Shown: positions 58,832-64,000 of the stretch, piece by piece
Position numbering within the stretch: position 1 is the stretch's first letter
How the letters are laid out: each line of letters opens with the position of its first letter
Source: an uncultured Lachnospiraceae bacterium
GTDB taxonomy: Bacteria; Bacillota; Clostridia; Lachnospirales; Lachnospiraceae
NCBI GenBank assembly: GCA_945864145.1
Contig: CAMBAN010000001.1
Location: 10,175-74,174, forward strand
DNA length: 64,000 nt
Direction of reading: 5' to 3'
The notes under the pieces: model-generated
Told to the model about the DNA's origin: nothing
Database searches by the model: none
Seen by the model: only the letters and a program-made list of their open reading frames with translations
Translations under genes and position numbers: made by a program

Positions 58832-58895
58832 AATTTGATAATGGCTATTATGACCAAGTAATTCAAGTGGAAATATGCTTCTGTTCAGTATAGCT

Positions 58896-58951
58896 AATCA
58901 GGTGGTAATTCTCGTTTGGTATCTATTAACCGAGAATTACCACCTGATTTT
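58896..58951. terminator. Bidirectional terminator
   Basis: AATCAGGTGGTAATTCTCG...CGAGAATTACCACCTGATT between convergent genes. Confidence 0.85.
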
Positions 58952-58996
58952 AATTGTGGGTTGATAGCTTATTGCATTTAAATATAAGATGATGAA

Positions 58997-59893
58997 TCAT
59001 GAAGAAGTAGTTTTATTTTCAGGAGATTCCGCTGTTTGTGCCGCTGTGAGCGCTGCTTGCGTTGAACGTAAATTTTCTAAGATTTCATAGTATTTCTGCT
59101 GATATTTATCAATTTCTGATTGATATTTAGTTTTAAGTGACTGGATCGTTTTCTGGTTTTCCTTTTCAACATTTAGCAGAGCTTTATCCTGCTGTATTTG
59201 CATTCTTTCTTTGCAGTGTTCCACAGCCTCTGCTTCATGAGATTTCATGTCCTCTATGATGGATGCAGCTTTGTCGGTCTCTTTCTGTAAGCCTTCATTT
59301 TCTTTTTTCAAGGTTTCATATTTGCCAGATAAAATAGAAAAATTCTTATGCTCATCCATCATGGATTCTAGTTTTATTTTTAGTTCATCATAGGATGTGG
59401 CGAGAGCCTGATTTAATTTGTCTTTATCGCTAAGCATGATATTGAGATCCGAGATTTTGGCATCAGATTCCTTTTTGAGCAGTTCAATTTTTCTTTGTAA
59501 TTCCTCATTTATTCCGTAAAGTGAATTTGCTTCATCAGTTGCTTCTTTTTCTGTCTGTTTTACCTTTTTTAGCTGTTCTTGTAAATCCTGAATTGTGACA
59601 TCCTTTGATTTCAACATTGCATCAAATTCTGTGCGAATGGTTTCTGCAAGATTTTGGTTATCTTCAAGGGAACCCATATACATACGTGTCAGAGAGTTGA
59701 CATATTTCTCAAACAGTTCAATATCACTTTTCTTATCGGTTAAAATTGCTTTTCCTGCTTGAAATTCATAGGCTTCGATTAACTTGGAAAGGGTTTCCTG
59801 TTGGTTTCCGCCAATATCAGCAGATATTTCTTTAAATTTATCCGCAGTAATGTCATCAATTCTAAAAGATTTTGGTTTTAGTTCTCCTGCCAT
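58997..59893 (-). CDS. KfrA-like DNA-binding coiled-coil protein
   Basis: Short RHH-like N-terminus (KPKSFRIDDITADKFKEI) followed by a long heptad coiled coil. Confidence 0.55.
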   Translation of the reverse strand: MAGELKPKSFRIDDITADKFKEISADIGGNQQETLSKLIEAYEFQAGKAILTDKKSDIELFEKYVNSLTRMYMGSLEDNQNLAETIRTEFDAMLKSKDVTIQDLQEQLKKVKQTEKEATDEANSLYGINEELQRKIELLKKESDAKISDLNIMLSDKDKLNQALATSYDELKIKLESMMDEHKNFSILSGKYETLKKENEGLQKETDKAASIIEDMKSHEAEAVEHCKERMQIQQDKALLNVEKENQKTIQSLKTKYQSEIDKYQQKYYEILENLRSTQAALTAAQTAESPENKTTSS

Positions 59894-59906
59894 AACTTCT
59901 CCTTTC

Positions 59907-60082
59907 TGTAATACACTACAAAGTGTTTAAATGTATTACATAAATTTTTTATTTAAATAATTATAACATTTACATACAATTTTGCATAGCATATTTTATA
60001 ATGTAATACACTACGATACAATACATATGTATTACATTACAAAATTTACTAACAAATTTACAGTTTGAGATGTATTACATTA
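59907..60082. promoter_or_regulatory. Clustered TGTATTACA/TGTAATACA operator-like repeats
   Basis: At least five copies in both orientations upstream of the minus-strand gene. Confidence 0.6.
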
Positions 60083-60203
60083 TAAGGTTCAGCCTTCAGG
60101 GAAAATTTAATTTAGTAATTTAATTTTACAAGATATCCTTCAATTTTTCTGTTTGGAAATAAAGAAGAGAAAAATCATCGTAATAAAGCGTAACTTTTGG
60201 GGC

Positions 60204-60234
60204 TTGACTTTTTCTATGGGTTTATGACTATAAT
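60204..60234 (+). promoter_or_regulatory. 19-bp-spacer promoter, copy 6
   Basis: TTGACT-TTTTCTATGGGTTTATGAC-TATAAT. Confidence 0.75.
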
Positions 60235-60274
60235 TCGCTCAAAATTAAGAAAGGGGTTATTAAGTGTATAAGAT

Positions 60275-60793
60275 ATGAAGAAAATGATGTGCGCAGTTTT
60301 GATGTTGGCAACCTTTGTGTTCCTGTTGACAGGTTGCGGAAATAGTGCACCTTCTGCCAGTTTTGATGGAAGCAGACAGCAGATGGCAGATCAAAGAGCA
60401 CAGCAAAAGGCCGCGGAAAAAGCAAAAGAACAGACCACGGATCGAAAAAAGGATGCAGAAAAAAGTGCAAAACTTACACAAAAAAAGATAGGGGAGAAGG
60501 CTACACAGGCATATGATCTTGTAGAACAGCAAACTGCGGAAGCACATGAGTTAGGAATTAACGGACTGACGCAGAAAATTTTGTATAAAGGGTATTTAAT
60601 TTATTACAAATTTTGTGATTTTGCAATCAGTATTATCATTGTCGGGTGGGTAATAGCAATTCTGGGTAATTTTTTGTTTCGTAAATTGCCGAAAATCAGG
60701 AAATTTTGTATTTTGTTTTTCGGGGTGACGGTAACCGGGATAACATTTCTGATTGTTTTTGCACCGAGTATGATACAAAGCCTAGGTAAATAG
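60275..60793 (+). CDS. Putative lipoprotein with two C-terminal TM helices
   Basis: Lipobox LLTGC; hydrophobic C-terminus. Confidence 0.65.
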   Translation: MKKMMCAVLMLATFVFLLTGCGNSAPSASFDGSRQQMADQRAQQKAAEKAKEQTTDRKKDAEKSAKLTQKKIGEKATQAYDLVEQQTAEAHELGINGLTQKILYKGYLIYYKFCDFAISIIIVGWVIAILGNFLFRKLPKIRKFCILFFGVTVTGITFLIVFAPSMIQSLGK

Positions 60794-60809
60794 GAAAGAA
60801 AGGAATATT

Positions 60810-61982
60810 ATGAGCGAAAAAATGGTAAATGAGAAGGAGAATGCTGTAGATACAGCGGTAGAAGGTACAACAAATGACAAGGAGCCAAAAGAGAAAGTAA
60901 AGGCTGGAAGAAAGAAAACAGGTAATACCGCAGTAACGGAAAAGGTAAAAAAGGAAAGTAAGAAGGAAGAGGGGAAATTAACAGCAGAATCCACAGAATC
61001 AGAGAAAAATCTGGATAAGGATAAGAAAGCTGGTACTGAAAAAATTCAGGATAGTATTAAGATCAAGACGTATTCCGGAGAAGTGCATATTAAAAATGCA
61101 TCCGATGAAAGCGTAATAAAAAAATACGAACAGTATATGAATAGCAAGGAGATTATGGATGTGCAGTTTTCTGCCCTTCAGGGGAAAATTGGTTTTGTTG
61201 GATATGATGGGAAAATTAAAATCATAATGTCTACTAAAAATGTGGATGGATTCAGTCACTCTCCAATATACAATGAAGCCTTAGAAAAATATCTGTTTTC
61301 TCCATGCCCGGTCGTTGTTACAAAAGTAGATGAAAAAAAGAAGGAAGTTCATGTATCCATGGTAAATGCGCTTTCTGGACCAAGAGAGAACCTGATTTCT
61401 GAAATCGAGAAGGGATTGAAGGAAAGGGAGTATATCCGTGTACCGGCGGTTGTCGTCTCTGTGTCTGGAAGAACCAAAGATACAAAACAAAAAGATTATT
61501 CCATTGCAGTGATTAACATCGGAGGCCTTGGGATCTTAGGATATGTTCACAAGAATAACTGGAGCAAGTCATATACTAAATCACTGCTTTATGCTACAGA
61601 GCCGGGAATGGTTATTGATGTTGTTGTCACAGGGAAAAAGATATGGGGAAGAGACACAGCATATGAATGTTCGCGGCGAGAGACCATTGATTTTGATCCA
61701 TGGGCAGGAATTGAACAAAAGATGAGGAAAAACATGACAGTCAGGGTACGGTGTAACGGAAGGGAGGATGGACGCTATTATGGATCAATTGAGGGCCTTC
61801 CGGAAATTAATGTTTTCTGTTACTATCCAGAGGAAGAAACTGGAATCCATGTAGAAGAAGGAAAATATTATATCGGAGTCGTAAGAAAAGTCAGTGAAGA
61901 GGATCACGACCTTAGAGTACGGACAGTTGATGAGGTGCCGGAATCGAAGCATGTACAAAAGGAACAGCAGATAAATGAGTAA
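60810..61982 (+). CDS. S1-like (OB-fold) repeat RNA-binding protein
   Basis: VVVTKVDEKKKEVHVS, GILGYVH, GMVIDVVV..ECSRR..DPW resemble RpsA repeats. Confidence 0.6.
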   Translation: MSEKMVNEKENAVDTAVEGTTNDKEPKEKVKAGRKKTGNTAVTEKVKKESKKEEGKLTAESTESEKNLDKDKKAGTEKIQDSIKIKTYSGEVHIKNASDESVIKKYEQYMNSKEIMDVQFSALQGKIGFVGYDGKIKIIMSTKNVDGFSHSPIYNEALEKYLFSPCPVVVTKVDEKKKEVHVSMVNALSGPRENLISEIEKGLKEREYIRVPAVVVSVSGRTKDTKQKDYSIAVINIGGLGILGYVHKNNWSKSYTKSLLYATEPGMVIDVVVTGKKIWGRDTAYECSRRETIDFDPWAGIEQKMRKNMTVRVRCNGREDGRYYGSIEGLPEINVFCYYPEEETGIHVEEGKYYIGVVRKVSEEDHDLRVRTVDEVPESKHVQKEQQINE

Positions 61983-61996
61983 AGGAGGCGATAACG

Positions 61997-63061
61997 TTGC
62001 CGGAGACAGAAAATGGACAAAAAAGATCGCTCTCCAAGGAGCTGACGACCTCTTTAAATAAGGATGGACGGTTTATTTATTATCCCGAAATGGATTACAG
62101 GGTAAACAAGGGAGATTCCCACCGTGTAAGTCAGTTTGATTTTTTTGACATGATCCATCAGGTAGATGATCCGGATCAGTGTATTCGTCTGGCTGTGGTC
62201 TTGCAGACGGTGCATATGCTTGGGCATGCAACGCGCAACATGATTCTTGATCAGCTTAAATGGCAGCATAAGATATTTCCACACAAGCTTATTCCTTGTG
62301 TGGGAGCTGATCCAAAGAAGAACATGGATGTGATGGGGAAAATAATAAAAAAGCTGCTCGACAAAGGATTGCTTTGCTCTTTTGATTATGTTACGGAAAA
62401 GGATAGGAAACGTATTGTACTATATTCATGTACGATGTATGGCTGGATCTATTTTAGGAATAAGCTACAGGTAAATACCGCGTATGACAGGGATGCGGTA
62501 TTTCGAGTTGATGTAGAGGTTTTAAAGAGACTTGCGACAATATCGGTTGCATCCAGTCTGGTTATGGTTCCTGGTTGTACCGGTGAAGCATTAAACGGAG
62601 ATTATGGCTTTGATAAGTATAAAGAGATTAGGGCTTTTACATACGGGCTTGTTGAATTTAATGGAGGGGGCGAGGATGGTTTTGTAATGATTTTGGAACC
62701 ATCATTCTTTCGCTATAATCCAAAAATTGTTACAGCAGAGGAAAATGAGGAAAGAATCATAGAGAGAATGAAAAAATTGGCGAATGCTATTACAGAAGCC
62801 GGAAGTAAATACGGAACAAGGTTTAAAATGTGCTTTATCGTGGAAAATATGGAGGGTATGGTGCAACTTAAGAATCTTGCAGAGAGCAGTGGTGCACTGG
62901 ATAATCCTCTTTTTCAGGATGCTATTTATACGTCAGATACAATTGTATGTGACTGTGAAGGAAGTATTGCAAGAGAGTTTTTGAAGTTAATGCCACCGAA
63001 AGCTGGTGGAAGCGGCTTAAGACTTGTTCCTGCGAAAAATACATGGAAAGATTTTTCTTAA
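61997..63061 (+). CDS. Winged-helix protein, similar in pattern to 14087-15091
   Basis: TTG start with SD AAGGAGG; IIKKLLDKGLL...LYSCTMYGWIYF. Confidence 0.45.
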   Translation: MPETENGQKRSLSKELTTSLNKDGRFIYYPEMDYRVNKGDSHRVSQFDFFDMIHQVDDPDQCIRLAVVLQTVHMLGHATRNMILDQLKWQHKIFPHKLIPCVGADPKKNMDVMGKIIKKLLDKGLLCSFDYVTEKDRKRIVLYSCTMYGWIYFRNKLQVNTAYDRDAVFRVDVEVLKRLATISVASSLVMVPGCTGEALNGDYGFDKYKEIRAFTYGLVEFNGGGEDGFVMILEPSFFRYNPKIVTAEENEERIIERMKKLANAITEAGSKYGTRFKMCFIVENMEGMVQLKNLAESSGALDNPLFQDAIYTSDTIVCDCEGSIAREFLKLMPPKAGGSGLRLVPAKNTWKDFS

Positions 63062-63079
63062 ATGGAAACATTTCTCATA

Positions 63080-63124
63080 AAGTCAGACAAAATCATTGCA
63101 GATTTTTGTCTGGCTTTTCTTTTT
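63080..63124 (+). terminator. Intrinsic terminator
   Basis: AGTCAGACAAAA...TTTTGTCTGGCT-TTTCTTTTT. Confidence 0.75.
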
Positions 63125-63128
63125 CGGA

Positions 63129-63159
63129 TTGACAAAACCATATAGTTTATTCCTAAAAT
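63129..63159 (+). promoter_or_regulatory. 19-bp-spacer promoter, copy 7
   Basis: TTGACA-AAACCATATAGTTTATTCC-TAAAAT. Confidence 0.65.
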
Positions 63160-63186
63160 CATTAAAAATTGAAGAAGGAGCGCAAA

Positions 63187-64000
63187 ATGAAGAAAAAACT
63201 TATTATGGTTCTTGTTTTAAGCATACTTCGATTCTTGATCATTATAATTCTTGCAACAGGATTATTTGGAATCGTAAATTTCACGGGAGGTATCATTAAA
63301 GATGCCATTGGAAAAAAAATTGCAGGTGTCAAAGATGCTGTGACAGGAAAGCTTATAGAAGACCAGATTGATCTTGCGGATCTATCCAGTTATAACCTTG
63401 ACGAATTGATAAAAGCGGTTGACGATAAAAAAGTTTTTACGGATAAAATGCTTGATCAGATGATGATTGAAAGAGATTCACTGAAGGAGATATTTAAAGC
63501 CTGTAAGGAATTTAATGAAACGTATGAGTCTGCAGATAAGAAAATCCAGATGAAACACACATATACGGTTACTACAACCACGTCAGATGATGGTACAGGA
63601 GGCAGTGAAAAGAAAGCAGCCAAGAATTCAAAAGGTTCATCCGGTAAGTCAGCCGGGAAATCGTCCGGTAAATCTTCTTCCAGTGGTGGTTCATCTGGCA
63701 CAACAACGCAGACTGAAACCAAAGTCGAGTATGTGTACAAGGATTATCCCGTTTCAACGAAGGATTATGAGTATGAATTTCATTCTGTGAACTGGCAGAC
63801 GGTTTATATTACAGCAATAGAAGAAACCCTACAGAATTATGGCAAAAACTATCAGCTGATTGAAGAGGGGAAAAATAACAGCAATTCTGGGATTTTGGAA
63901 AATACGCAGGAACCGGATACAGAAGATTCAAATGGAGGGGAGGATTCCGAAGAGGATTCTCAGGCTGATGCTTCATCCACAACTAATACAGATCTGGGAC
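63187..64000 (+). CDS. Membrane-anchored/secreted protein, 3'-truncated by the window (not in the ORF track)
   Basis: SD AAGGAG; MKKKLIMVLVLSILRFLIIIILATG...; no stop codon before the window end. Confidence 0.75.
   Translation, partial: MKKKLIMVLVLSILRFLIIIILATGLFGIVNFTGGIIKDAIGKKIAGVKDAVTGKLIEDQIDLADLSSYNLDELIKAVDDKKVFTDKMLDQMMIERDSLKEIFKACKEFNETYESADKKIQMKHTYTVTTTTSDDGTGGSEKKAAKNSKGSSGKSAGKSSGKSSSSGGSSGTTTQTETKVEYVYKDYPVSTKDYEYEFHSVNWQTVYITAIEETLQNYGKNYQLIEEGKNNSNSGILENTQEPDTEDSNGGEDSEEDSQADASSTTNTDLG

Larger units (their letters stand above)
1..64000. mobile_element. Segment of a large conjugative plasmid (Firmicutes, probably Clostridia)
   Basis: Rep_3 initiator with iterons, ParM-like partition, VirD4, VirB4, VirB2, PrgI, Tad pilus, SSB, primase and anti-restriction genes. 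No rRNA, tRNA, housekeeping operon or integrase seen. Confidence 0.88.

Noticed and set aside
211-63790. Numerous short antisense or overlapping ORFs in the track
   Set aside because: Shadow frames of longer genes, with no SD or recognisable motifs.

Overview
This window looks like a 64-kb segment of a large, low-GC conjugative plasmid from a Firmicutes host (Clostridia/Lachnospiraceae-like; this is inferred from gene content and SD/promoter style). Nearly all genes are on the + strand. Left part: ParM/ParR-type partition genes, a Tad/Flp pilus operon, a VirD4 coupling protein, a DUF3854-type primase and SSB. At 18-21 kb: an iteron origin and a Rep_3 initiator. Middle: an establishment-type region with an ArdA-like protein, an LPD1-like HExxH protein, HolB, DnaX, a PAPS-reductase-like protein, YopX, an adenine methyltransferase with an SF2 helicase, and a beta clamp. 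Right part: a VirB2/PrgI/VirB4/VirB6-type T4SS, CpaE-like ATPases, ClpX and an S1-domain protein. The most striking locus is an intact type I-C Cascade operon (cas5-HNH-cas8c/cas11-cas7). It has no cas3, cas4, cas1, cas2 or CRISPR array in the window, and a stand-alone HNH nuclease sits between cas5 and cas8c next to an IS200/IS605-like end. Four non-coding systems are also visible: seven promoters sharing a 19-bp spacer with an invariant GTTT; three long attenuator-like leaders plus a fourth divergent one; 14 copies of a U-tract/hairpin/Shine-Dalgarno module restricted to replication and establishment genes; and a ~150-nt structured RNA that separates the SD from the start codon of the PAPS-reductase-like gene. 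All protein calls come from motif recognition by eye; no searches were run.
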